A stretch of 63,826 nt of DNA, the filler included, from Octopus bimaculoides (Eukaryota), in assembly GCF_001194135.2 (NCBI RefSeq). It is 9 parts of 9 records of this genome, joined end to end, with 100 filler letters (N's around TTAATTAATTAA, not from the genome) between each part and the next. Parts side by side here need not be neighbours in the genome. Positions count along the whole stretch, not along the records: positions 8,171 to 17,100 come from NC_068983.1; positions 17,201 to 29,261 come from NC_068999.1; 7 more parts are not named here. One strand, 5' to 3'. Below the pieces are notes generated by a model. That model saw nothing but the letters and a program-made list of their open reading frames with translations. It was not told the DNA's origin and searched no databases. Shown here piece by piece: positions 11,481 to 24,489 of the stretch; position 1 is the first letter of the stretch, and each line of letters begins with the position of its first letter. The translations under genes were made by a program, and so were the position numbers.

Positions 11481-13654
11481 ACAAACGACTATCTACAGAC
11501 AGATTCTCACACACTAACATATTAAATTTCATCAGGCTACTCGAAATTCACCCCACTACGATCTTCTCTCGGTGACTATTACAAATCGGTCTTATTGTTT
11601 GTTTATAATTATTGTGCTAGAGTGACTTTATGATTAATCGCCAGTTCATTGACTCATTTTTCTGTGAATCGACTGTTATTTCATCATTAGATAGTCTTTG
11701 CACTGTTTTTTAAATTTATTTTGAATTTGTTTGGGATTGTTTTTCTGCGGTTATTTCTAAAGTTTGTTTCGTATTATTCTTGGGGCGTTTTGGGGGTTTA
11801 AATTTCTTGTATAGAACGTATATTGGTTATATTTCATTCGTGAACGTCTATGGTGTTTGTAGGATTGCGTTCCAGTATCTGGTGTGTTTATTAGAGATAT
11901 TTTGTGCTGTAATTTGTATTTGTAAACATGACTAATGGTTTTAACTAAATGTTTGTGTATTGTGTTTGTGATACGTATATTTACGTATCTGTATTTAACT
12001 TTTTACGTTTATTGGTTACCGATAATTCATACTAGCCGGAACAAATTCGTGAGCTACTACACGAATTCGTCATTGAAAGTAAATAGAGACGGCTGACATG
12101 TGCTGTAACGTACTAATATTTGCCGATTTCTTAGAAAGGGTGCTTCGCTTTCTAGTGGTGTCAGAATTCCCTCTCTTCTGGTATTTATTACTGATGGGAA
12201 TTAAAAATGCATGAAAGCATCAGTTCAATAACGATCGATTTGAGTTGACTATGGTGTGGTGACACATTTTGTCTTTAGAAAGAATATTTCGTCCATGACA
12301 CACTGAAATGAAAGCCATTTATGGAGCGAAAAACATTTCAACAGGTCTAAAGTTCTTTAACGATTATTGTGATAGGTCTTAAAAGCCTCAGAGTTGAACA
12401 CCGTATCTACATTTCACCAGATTATACCGATTAATAATTAATAATGAGGCGTTATTTCAGTAGCAGTGATTTTCCTACGACCGTTTCGGATCGGATATAA
12501 AAGGCTTCCAGTCTGATGGTCACAGCAATACCAGCTGGATTAACAATTTCGGACCCCTCCTTTTCGAGATCAAAATGAAGTGCATGAAAGTAATAGAAAG
12601 TACCCCTGTGCTACCAAGTTAGTAGAACACAAAATTGTAGGCCTAAATGTAAAATAAGACTCATTGTTTCTAGCCTCACTGCACCTATGTTCAATGTTCC
12701 CTGGTTCATCTTTCTGTTCCTAAAATCTCCTCGTTCTTTCAGAGACTTCCGATTCCATCCGGAGTCAAGTTATCGAAGCAGATATACTTTCAGATTTGAT
12801 GCAGTATTGCTCTGCCTCTCTGCATCTGTGACTGCAGCTATTGACTTGATAAAAAAAACTATACTATCCATTCGACCTTTTAATGCTGAGGCCTCACTAA
12901 TATAAACATCCAATTCTTTTCATCATTGCCACAAACACATGGCTTCATTTCAAACAATGAAGCTTCCGGTCTATCAATTGCATCTAGTCTTTCAGGCCTG
13001 CTTGCCATGACACATCTGCATCAACTTATCATGTCACGTTTACACACCTTCTGTTTCTGACACACATTCACCACATTTCTCCAACTCATTTTACAAGTCC
13101 TAACAGTCAAATACACCCTACAGCTATTTTTCAACAAAGAATATTCCGAAATTGTATACTGACTAATCTTAATTTATAGCTCTGTCAATGTCAAGGATTT
13201 GTCCTACTGTTTCTTCACATATTATCACTAACACATTTTACAACGATACAAACACCCCACCAACTGCTGTTACTGATACTACATATCTTTACCAACTACA
13301 AATACAGTGACCTATCAGGTCACAATATAATACTTCTTTCGGACTTTTGGATTATTTTCCTCCTTATAGATAAGATGAATCTTTCACGCAATATCATAAA
13401 TGCATTTAAACAACCCATTGGCGTCACCTTATATATCTTGCATAACCTATCACCTGCATTACATAAAGTATTATAAAATATTAACATCGCTCATATGCAC
13501 ATACACACACGTACACACATACACTCACACAAGTTCACACACACACACACGTATATTTGCGTACGCACACACACAGAAAGCACACAGAGACACACACAGA
13601 GACACAGACACATATGAGTGGCAAAATTGAGCACAGTTACCTTCTAACTTACAA

Positions 13655-13960
13655 TTCTGAAAGCTTGTTGGCATTGTGAATAGATGCGAGTTTTCAGACC
13701 ACCAACAGAAAGACGATGTTTGTTACATGATTGTCAAACGTTCGTTCTTTCAAGGAGGGAAGATGTATTGACTCGGTTTGTTTCATGAACTCTAGTGTGG
13801 TTAAAAGGACCAGCCTTAGAAAGACAAACTTGGTTAACAGTTGAACATTTGAAAGGTTTATTGATATCTCTGAGGTTTCTTTGCTTCTCATCTCAATTCG
13901 GGTTGTTTTATCAGAATGTCTTCGCTATGCATGGAAGCATTTAGTATGTATGTGTTTCTG
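13655..13960 (-). mobile_element. RTE-type LINE 3' end with two decayed C2H2-like fingers
   Basis: KPFKCSTVNQVCLSKAGPFNHTRVH and CNKHRLSVGGLKTR, with stops and frameshifts, resemble RTE C-terminal fingers. Confidence 0.45.
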
Positions 13961-14582
13961 TATAATATTCAACTACATGCATTTTTTTTTCTAAAATTTC
14001 CATTTGATAATTCCATTTTTTGATGTTATGATTGATTGCGTCATATATCTTTGCCATCCGTGGGACAATATTTCTGCCAATCTCTATATGCTAAGAACTG
14101 ATATAATTGTTGGCTGACTGCTTGCTTAATTTTTCTAGTCACGTTTTGCATCGTATCGAAAAAGATAAAGTTACACAGAGAGTAAAACAGAGATACAGAG
14201 AAAGTTAACATACTCAAGTTGATTAAGGAACGTTGAAGCTGACATGTAGTTGTAAGGGTATGGCAAAGATTACAAGTTGTCTTTATACTGATGGTCTGAG
14301 GAAGTACATGTATGTATACAATATCGGTTTTCATGGTTATGCGTTGCATTTAACAAAGAAGAAAGATTTATGTAATAGTTGGTGTAAAAGCCACAGATCA
14401 TTAGCTAGGTTGAAAAGTCGTCTCTGATTTATAGCTCGTTAACATGTTATGGACTTACTCATTGTTGAGGCGTATTCCAACGGACATGCAGTATAATATA
14501 TTATAACATAATATGTGCGTGTGTGTGTCTGTGAGTTTGTTTATATGCATATTTGCTTGTGAGTGTCAGTCTATATGCATGC

Positions 14583-14619
<37 letters not shown>

Positions 14620-17600
14620 TGTGTGTGTTTGCTTATATTTATGTGTGCTCATAAACAAACACACTCATATACACGCGCATTTTCTTTACACTAAATACAA
14701 TACAATGTACATTGTTATTGTGCTAAAGTTGACAATCATTATTTCAATGTATGTTTAAACATATGATTTCCTTTGCCTCACTTGCTATGTTAGGCATACA
14801 TAAATACATTGTATAATATGATATTTCTTTATTCCTCAATATATTTGGAACCAAGCCTGCTACGCTCAATAATTGATCAATTATTTTCAGTAGACAAAAA
14901 CAAAACAGTTAAGAACATAGCAGGAAAAATACATTCACCTTCCTAATCGAGGAAATATCCGAATTGAAAGGCCCACTGTAATATAATCCATAACACTGTC
15001 CACTTATCCTAATCACGTGCGTGAGCCTGTTCCAGTATCTTGTTACTTAATTTAGTATTTATATCTAACATTAGAGTGAAATGGTAGATGTTAGTCTAAC
15101 ATTTATACAAAAATATCTAATGATATTCATATGAATTTGTTAAATGTTATCTGTTTATATCCCCTTTCAGGTTGTGATTATACACACACTAAAATACACA
15201 CATTATTGTGCTATTCTCTTCCTTTCTCACGTACTGTTTTAATTTCAATCCACTACATTTTTCGGATAATAAAAACCGGTAACAACCATTATTACAACAT
15301 TACAGATAATTTCATTTGCGCACTAAACAATGTTAACTTCATAGTAATCTTTCCAGAATCTATATTTATAGAATAAGCGAATAGGATTTGTTTCCATAAT
15401 TTTATTCTTCCATTCTTCCTCTCTCGACTTTTCGTAATGGTATTAGAAATAGAAGAAACAGTAGAAAGCACAATGATTGTTTTTTATTCGTTTGTTATTA
15501 AACATTTAACGTGTTGTTTAGGCGAAACAAAAAAGGAATACAGTAATAAACATGAAAATAAAATAGAAAGCTGTTTCTGTATAAATGTTGCTAAATTTTA
15601 TATAATTATGTTTAAAAGTAAAATACGGAAATAAAAAAAGACGAACAGAAAATAATGAAGTAACAGAGAACCTTTATAAAAACGAGAAACATAATAGAAA
15701 AACATAATGCAATATAATACAAGTATTGTATGTAAAACTTATGTCATGGAATAACGATTAAAATCAATTTATGAACATTGCGATAGTAAACAGAACGCAG
15801 GACGAGCTGTTGTGGTACATATTGAATAAATAGTGCCATTCCCAATGATAGCAAGTACGATGAATGCAACAATGGCGTCGTTGTTGATGAAGATGATAAT
15901 GATGACAACGAGAACAATGGTGACGACGACGATTATGATGGAAGTGGTGATGTGGTGGTGATGATGGTGGTGGCAATAATCATGATATGGCTGATGGTCG
16001 GTTACTGTTTAGCTTCAAGGTAAACGTAGTGAAGCCGTCCTATAACAAAAGCAGACCAGTCATAACCATCCTGTCGTTTTATGCGTCCGAAATACAACAT
16101 CATGTATGTTAGTTATTACTCAATATATGCTCATATAATTTGTGTTGAATTTCGGTGTTGTGTCTTGTCAATTGAACTGGAACTGTGCAGAGTAAAATTA
16201 TTTCTGTTCTATATTTATTACAATGAAATTAATACACGAAAGTAAACTAACCGGACTATCTTGCATAGAATATTTATATAAATTATTCTCTCTTACAATG
16301 AAACTGTAACAAATGTGTTAATGAAAATCATTGATTCAGAGAATATATTCAAATGCACTTATGGATTGAGTTATATCAAAGTGTGATTCAATGGCAGTTT
16401 AATCAATATCAGGATACACGCCTAGAGATGAACGACCTACGAATGAAAACAGCACTCGGACACATAAAATCATTAAAAGTAACAGAAAAACTAAGTTTCT
16501 AAACTAGAACCAAATTACCCACCAAAAATACAATCTCAATAAAATATAAACACCCTGATTACTGAACCTGCATCAACTAGAAAAGATTCAACATATGAAC
16601 TCTATTTAGGTCAAATTTCACCCTAAAATATAATTTCACCTGCGCATCAAGCAGCTCAATTTATATTTTAAAATGTAGTGGGTGTTGTGAGGATTACATG
16701 GATTAAATTAGCACGACTTTAAAGGAGTAAATGACGGTACATAGACAACAAATTCAGGACCTCACTAATGAGAAAATTCTCCTCTGGAAATATCTAGATG
16801 TGATCCCCATCAACAAATATCTAAAATATCAAATTTTTCTTTTATATTAGTGCTCCGGGGTCATTTCATCCCAATTGTGATACAAGAAGGAAAATGTTCT
16901 TGAAAAATTTAAACCCCATAACAACACATGCGATCTCAATCCGTTCACAGAAAATGGATACAAAGATCAGACATAAATCAAGTTTAACTAAACGTCTGCA
17001 TGCAAGATTCGAAGCCCCAACCCCAAACTGCTCTGTATCCTTACTAGACAAAAATATAATACATACATACATACACACATGCATGCATACATACATACAC
17101 NNNNNNNNNNNNNNNNNNNNNNNNNNNNNNNNNNNNNNNNNNNNTTAATTAATTAANNNNNNNNNNNNNNNNNNNNNNNNNNNNNNNNNNNNNNNNNNNN
17201 GTATGTTGTTGTTGATGTTGTTATGCTAAACTGTCGTGTGTCTAAATTTGGCCAAATGCGTTTTTTGCAGTATTTATTTTTACTCGCAATAGCCGGATCT
17301 TTTGGTCAAACTATCGTATCTCCAGCTGCTTCAGATGCCAAGATATCAAGAATTGTCAAAGTGTAGTACAATGGTTTTACTATGGAATGGTGAAACTATT
17401 TTCTCGTTGTCTGAAAAAGCAACGACACTTTTGTACAATAGCAACGAACTAGCTGAACAGCCCGTCGTTGCCGGGTAATTTTTACAATACAATGTCTAAT
17501 ATAAATTTTTGCTTATTCCATGTCAGACTATGCCTTCCCTGAGAGATAGGCCTCTTGATCAGGACAGATTTGTGCAATTTTTCGCAAAAAACTTCGTTGC

Positions 17601-18257
17601 AGATTTTTTTTTCCCTTTTAAATTATTTACATGTCTGTTCGACCGTTTCAGATCAGTTTATTCATTAAAATTTATTAAAATTTCAGAAGTTCTTACAACT
17701 TTGGACGTCGTAATGCTTTGCTTTCGTTTGTTTAATAAAAATTCCTCCACGTAATGATTTTGCTTTCATTTTGTGATAGACAGCTATCATGAAGAAAATG
17801 CCAGTTTCCAAATCCTATTTTCTGATGAGATAAAATTTATTAAACTTTAAACTTAAGTAACATTTTTCTGCAATTTTTCTGGAACAAATAAAAAGCAAAA
17901 TCGGATTTAACGTGGAAAATTATTTCAATATACCAAATTTTAAAATTTTGACGTAATTTTCAAATTTCACAATGCGTGACAGCAACTGGGAGGACTCTAC
18001 TAAAGCAAAGAGACAGACAGTTATGGGACGTGACACACACACAAAAATACACACACACACACACACACACANNNNNNNNNNNNNNNNNNNNNNNNNNNNN
18101 NNNNNNNNNNNNNNNNNNNNNNNNNNNNNNNNNNNNNNNNNNNNNNNNNNNNNNNNNNNNNNNNNNNNNNNNNNNNNNNNNNNNNNNNNNNNNNNNNNNN
18201 NNNNNNNNNNNNNNNNNNNNNNNNNNNNNNNNNNNNNNNNNNNNNNNNNNNNNNNNN

Positions 18258-18305
<48 letters not shown>

Positions 18306-18419
18306 CTATGTATTTACGAATGTATTCAGCGTCGCGTGTATATCCGTGAATAACAGTTGTATGAACGTTATCATCCCACTGCTACTCCACATTTGTCGCT
18401 TACACAACGCTTAATTGTG

Positions 18420-18790
18420 ACAGAAAATATTGATTAAATAGCCTTCTACGGGCCCTTGTCGGCACTTTTATGTATCTTCGTGGGAGCTGTAACAAATTTT
18501 TTTACAGATTGGTGATAGCTTCCAATTATTTTAGATATTTCTAATGTTGATTTACCTTTTGCAAGTTCAGAAGTAATAACAGATTTCTCTGAAGCAGTTA
18601 AGTCACATTTGTGACCCATAATTACACGATTATCAGAGCACTCGTTAATAATTTGGAACACTGAAAGTTGGTGGAAATCGGGCTGATGGCCGTGGTTTAT
18701 TTATACTTTCTCAAAAGCACACGTTTTTTACACACCACACGCATATAACTGTTGCCATCATTCTGTGGGAATTTCGTTGAATTCCAGCGA
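18420..18790 (-). mobile_element. Tc1-like transposase 5' fragment
   Basis: ATG at 18619 gives MGHKCDLTASEKSVITSELAKGKSTLEISKIIGSYHQSVKKFV, resembling a Tc1 N-terminal HTH. Borders are approximate. Confidence 0.65.
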
Positions 18791-18811
18791 GTAGTTTTTA
18801 AATAAATAAAA

Positions 18812-19070
18812 TAAATGGAGAAAAAGCACGCAGCATACGGAAGAGTATAGGCGTAAACTGGCGGGAGCTCAAAGAGCAGAAAGGCTCGTCAGTGCTCTAC
18901 CAACATGCTCAAGCAGAACATAGAGGCTCAATTAATAAGGCAGGAGTTAAGGTACTTTCAACACATAGAACTGACACGACACTTAGACAGATTACAGAAG
19001 CTACACACATAACAATAAACAGACCGAGCCTCAACAGAAAACAAGACCGGAGCAATAACACCCACCACCA
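18812..19070 (+). mobile_element. Penelope-like element, GIY-YIG C-terminal remnant
   Basis: KGSSVLYQHAQAEH..LRQITEATHITINRPSLNRK resembles the PLE endonuclease tail. Confidence 0.45.
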
Positions 19071-19603
19071 CGATACCACGCAACACAACGACTAAAGACA
19101 GAAGGGAGAATTAAATAGGTATAAACAGTGTAATACACACACAATAGAAAAATATGCACATATCTATGATGAAAATTAGAAATAGAGATAAATAGGTAAA
19201 CAAAAAAACTGTATAAAGGGCATGGATGCAAACAACATAGTAAGCGAACCTATATACACACACAAACACAAACGGCCGCAACAACATTAACAACGCAGCC
19301 AACAACAACGACAACAGCAACAACAACAACTACCACGGTGGCGGCAGCGTGGGCGAACACACAAACACAGAGAGATACAGGAACGGTACCAAAATTCGGG
19401 GTCAAGGGCAGCAGCTGCGTCAACGGAGGAGGAGACGGGGATGAGAGAATGGTCATAGTGCTACTAAGAACAATAGCAATAACGATGACAACAATATGAA
19501 GGGCATAAGCCCATATATACACAATATAAAGGGCATAAACTCATATATACACTCCTAAGCATACCTGCGAAATACATAGACACGCGGACGCACATGCACG
19601 TGT

Positions 19604-19646
<43 letters not shown>

Positions 19647-21583
19647 GAGGCACACACACAAACACACACACATATACACTCACACACATATACACACACA
19701 AATACAGACGCAAACGCATGAGTCTATAAGGATACACATCATAGAAAAACTCAATGGATTATAAGAAGCAGGAGCACACACGGGGACGGAAAGTGTCACT
19801 GAAGAGGTCACAGGTGTATGACGAAAGATTTCCGGACAATGGACAGTAAGAACAGTAATAAACGAGTGAAGAACGAATATATAGTGCGTGTGTTTATTTG
19901 GCAAAATGAAAAAATGACCATCCTGAAATACAATATCTATTTCAACACATGGTTTCACATCAGGAATCTTGGAACACAAATTCATAAACGTAAAAAAATG
20001 TTACATCGTTAATAATTTGAAGCACAATGCATTTGCTTAAACACACATACATATGCATGTACACGACTACGCACACACACACATAAAAGAGAAAGAATTT
20101 ATCTAAGCATATGCATACACACAATCCTGCATATATTATAAAATTTATAAATTAAATATATTTATAAATAGGTCGGAATCAAAAATAAAATAAAGGAAAA
20201 CAGAACATAGAAATAATGTAACAGATATAGAAGAGTATGATAAAGTAAAAAATTAAGAAACAAACAAACACATGCTTCAACATGCATAAACATTTCTGAG
20301 CAACTACACACACACAAATAGAATTTATATAGACATATACATACACACATACATGCATATACTGTAAAGTTATATCAATTACAATTAGAAATAAAGCGTC
20401 GAAAAGTAGATAACATAAAATAGGACAATAACGTAATATATTTAGAGAATCTTTTCTGTGAAAATTTTAAATTTATTAAAAATTTTAAGATTTGATGTAT
20501 TGCTGTAATTTTTCATGCTGAATCTGAGGGGCTAATCCACTTTTTCCAGAAGTTTTTTTTTTACTTTAGAAATTAAAGAGATTTAAAGTTTGATAATTCT
20601 TACTCAGTTAGAAAATAGGACTTGGAAGCTGTCATTTTGTGCATGACTGCACAAGTTGCCAAAATTGCGAAAATAGCACGTGTTTTAATATGAAACTGTA
20701 AACAACTGACATACTGGCGAAATTCTGCTTTACGCACGACATGTACTTCCCATAACATTTTTACTTTTTTGAATTTTCAGAAAATTTTTGCGAATTTGTA
20801 TTCTATACACGAGAATTCACACGATTACGCAACACTCCCAAACCCGCAAAAAAAATTTGGCGCGTGATTTGAGGCCTATTTAGTTGTTATTTTTAGCACA
20901 TTTCACGATTACCTCATACCTCGTATTTTAAGCATTTAGTAAGCGAAAAATAACCATGTGGCTTGGACAGCAACAGAGGGGTAAGCAGCTTGGTAATGGC
21001 TTGGTTATTACTGTGGAAACAAGCACCTATACGTCTGTGGCTTTCGATTGGCTAAAATTGCCCAAAATTTGAAAACTTTAAAAGCTGTTGACTGTTTATT
21101 TATTAATTTATGCCGAAAATGAATTTCATATCAATGGTTACCATACAAAACTAGACCAATACACCAAATATGAAATCAATTCGAACAAAGATTGAAGAAA
21201 CTGAAAAGTGGCAGCCAAACAGATAAGATCCAATTTATTACAAGTGAAATTAGTTGAAAAATTAATAAATTAATATGGTAAGAGTTACTGATTAGACTCA
21301 ATAGGAAATACCGTCTGGGCATGGTGACAGAATATATTCACCGAAAAGCAATAAACTAAATTCATCTGTTAGATCTATATTGAAAATGGCAGCGTAACAA
21401 AGATTCTCTTAATTTATCAGGACATCTTATTAGTATCTCATGAAACTAATAAATTATGTATTATCCTTACATTTTATAATGTCCCCAGTATCTCTACACA
21501 ACATAATCTGAGGTTCTCAGGGAGGATGGTCATACGAACTTGATTTGAAACTGGTTGAAGTCTTACAAATACACGCGCCCGTG

Positions 21584-21633
<50 letters not shown>

Positions 21634-21639
21634 CTGACT

Positions 21640-21930
21640 GCTTGCATTCCGTGGGTTACAACAAGGAGGACTCTAGTTGGCCCAATCAACGGAACAGCCT
21701 GCTCGTGAAATTAACGTGCAAGTAGCTGACCACTCCACAGATATGTAGTCGTCAGGAAGATTCGACACGACACTGTGACAAGGTTGGCCCTTTGAAAAAT
21801 AGATACTACTCATTTTTGTTAGCTGAGTGGACTGGAGCAGCGAGAAATAAAGACTCTTGCTCAAAGAAGCAACACGCCACCATGAACCGAACTCGCGACC
21901 TTACGACCGTGAGCCAAATACCCTAGTCTT
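21640..21930 (-). mobile_element. SINE family C (tRNA head, conserved gcctgctcgtgaaattaacgtgcaagt core), decayed
   Basis: Core shared with 30392-30780 and 40966-41280. tRNA-like head on the minus strand at ~21870-21930. Confidence 0.7.
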
Positions 21931-21981
21931 TAATCCACACGCCTTCATATGTGGGTACGATTTCAACTAATAATATATATA

Positions 21982-22392
21982 TTCTTTTATTCTTTTACTT
22001 GTTTCAATCATTTGGCTGCGGCGATGCTGGAGCACCGCCTTAAAGGGTTTTAGTCGAACAAATCTACCCCAGGACTTATTTATTTTAATTTTAGTACTTA
22101 TTCTATCGTCCATTTTGCTGAACCGCTAAGTTACGGGGACATAAACACACCAGCATCAGTTGTCAAGCGATGGGGGTGGAGAAACACAGACACACACACA
22201 TTTAGATACATACATACATACATACATACATACGACGGATTTCTTTCAGTTTTCGTCTACCAAGTCCAGTCACAAGACTCGTTGGTCCCAGACTTTAATA
22301 GAAGACACTTGCCCAAGGTGTCACACAGTGGGATTGAACCTAGAACCATGTGGTTAGGTAGTAAGCTTCTTACTACATAGTCACGCCTGCGC
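21982..22392 (-). mobile_element. SINE family A, full-length
   Basis: Reverse complement of the head, body and tail of the 43376-43790 copy. Confidence 0.9.
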
Positions 22393-22459
<67 letters not shown>

Positions 22460-22945
22460 TCGGCGGCGGCGGCGGCTTTATTTCGTATCCGAGAATTTAG
22501 TTTCCTCTTTGCTGAACGCTTCCTTTATGGTGATGCCGTTGATGACTCAATAGACCAATTCTTGCATAGAAGAGTCAATATCATTGACTGCATGGTAATG
22601 TTGTTGGAGAACGAGGTTGATTTTGTCGAGTCTTTCTTTCCTACCGTTTGATTTCTTCCTTTTTTTTTTTTGTCTTTTGGTGGCTTCTAAATTTTTGGTT
22701 CCGATGGTGATGGAACACCATCACTTGGTACAGTCTCGGGCTCGTGCTTCAAACGATTTAGGTTCAAGTCCAGTGACTTTCAATATTGTTTTGAGTTGGT
22801 CCTTGAGCTTGCTAAATAAGAGTTGGCGTGGGAACCTTCACTCTTCCATTCTTGCTACATGTCCATCGAAGATGGTGTTTTGTGATCAGCGATTCGATGC
22901 TTTGACAGTTGGCTCTTTCCATGACTCTATTGTTGGTCACAGAGA
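22460..22945 (-). mobile_element. RTE-clade LINE 3' fragment with (GCC)n tail, next to (GATA)n at 22394-22459
   Basis: VTNNRVMERANCQSIESLITKHHLRW..HVARM..KDQLKTILK..ARIGLLSHQRHH, then 3'UTR and aataaa(gcc)n. Confidence 0.75.
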
Positions 22946-23688
22946 GAGCGAGAGAGAGAGAGAGAGAGAGTGACTAATTTAGTAGTAGATGATGACAATC
23001 CATAAACGTTGTGCTTGATGTGGCTCCTATTATCCACTGAGCATTCATTTGATTTAAAATTCCACTTTTTATTGCCTATTCTTGTAGTTCTGCTATATTT
23101 TTAAGTGATAATGTTGCTACTATTATAAATACAGTTATCATTATCGTTACGATAACCTGGAATGTTAAATTACTATTACCAGTATGGTAGCTGTTAATAT
23201 TATCTCTATTGAAATTCGTACCACAAATAGCATTCCAACAGCTGATTACAAAGTTGTGGCTAATAGGGAAATTGTTGTCATTTATATCTAAATTTCTGTA
23301 TATTTTATTTCCACCAAGCTTTCCAGGTGGAAACTCTCACCACCACCCTTATCCGATATGCTATCACTACCGGCTTTGATTAGATTTAGATTTGGTGACA
23401 TGATGGCTATATTATTTAGAAACATGTTCATCAACTTCTGCTAGTTAATGGCAGCGATAGCATCAACTAAACTTTGAGTAGTTGAATAAGAAAGCTTAAC
23501 ATAATGTTCATTAAAAATTTTCTTATACTTACTTGACGGTGGAAATTTCGTACTAATGCGTTAAAAATATTCTAAGAATCTTAGTAATCAAATCTATTGC
23601 AGGAGGAGAAATATATAATAAAATTGCTTTCCTTCACTTTCTCTTCCTTCTTCTCTCTCCCTCTTCCTCTCGCTCCCTCTTCTTTTTA

Positions 23689-23785
<97 letters not shown>

Positions 23786-24062
23786 CTCTTTCTCACTCTC
23801 TCTCTCTCACGTAAACGATTCTTGTTTTTTCCTGAATATTATACGCTTAGAATCGTTAGTGTTGATTCTGATATTAGTATGATCACACAGAGATATTGTT
23901 TGTCCATCATAAAATAAGAACATATATGAATGTGTTGTCATTGGATTTGGTTCTATTCGATGCGTTTATATTGTGTATATCCCGACAGTGTAAATTATTG
24001 TTATTAGTAAATGAATCCTTCATTCTCACTGTCGCTGCTGGACTAGTTTCGTCTACTACTCA

Positions 24063-24215
24063 TATTCTTTTATTCTTTTACTTGTTTCAGTCATTTTAGT
24101 GTGGCCTTGCTGGAGCACCGCCTTTAGTCGAACAAATCAACCTCAGGACTTATTCTTTGTAAGCATAGTACTTATTCTATCGGCGTCTTTTGCCGAACCG
24201 CTAAGTTACGGGGAT
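24063..24215 (-). mobile_element. SINE family A, tail-only fragment
   Basis: tcttttacttgtttcagtcattt..gctggagcaccgcc..aagttacgggga. Confidence 0.85.
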
Positions 24216-24489
24216 GTAGCTATCGAATAGATGAATACGCTCAAACAGTTCATTAAATGTGACTACCATGTTCACATATATTTGTGTATAAGCACATAAA
24301 TAAAGGTCATTTACTATAATTACTATAAAATGGGATACGTTAAAGCGGGATGCAAAATGGGATATTCATAAAAATCTTTTAAAATGTGGTACATTTAAAA
24401 ACATATAAAGTACAATGGTAGTATATAAATCATATTGTAAAGAAATGCAGAATGTATGAACAAATTAAGTAACGTAAATCAAATGTGTA

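Noticed and set aside
13655-13960. C2H2 zinc-finger-like peptides as a member of the cephalopod ZNF expansion
   Set aside because: No TGEKP linkers, with stops and frameshifts. The context matches RTE LINE C-terminal fingers.
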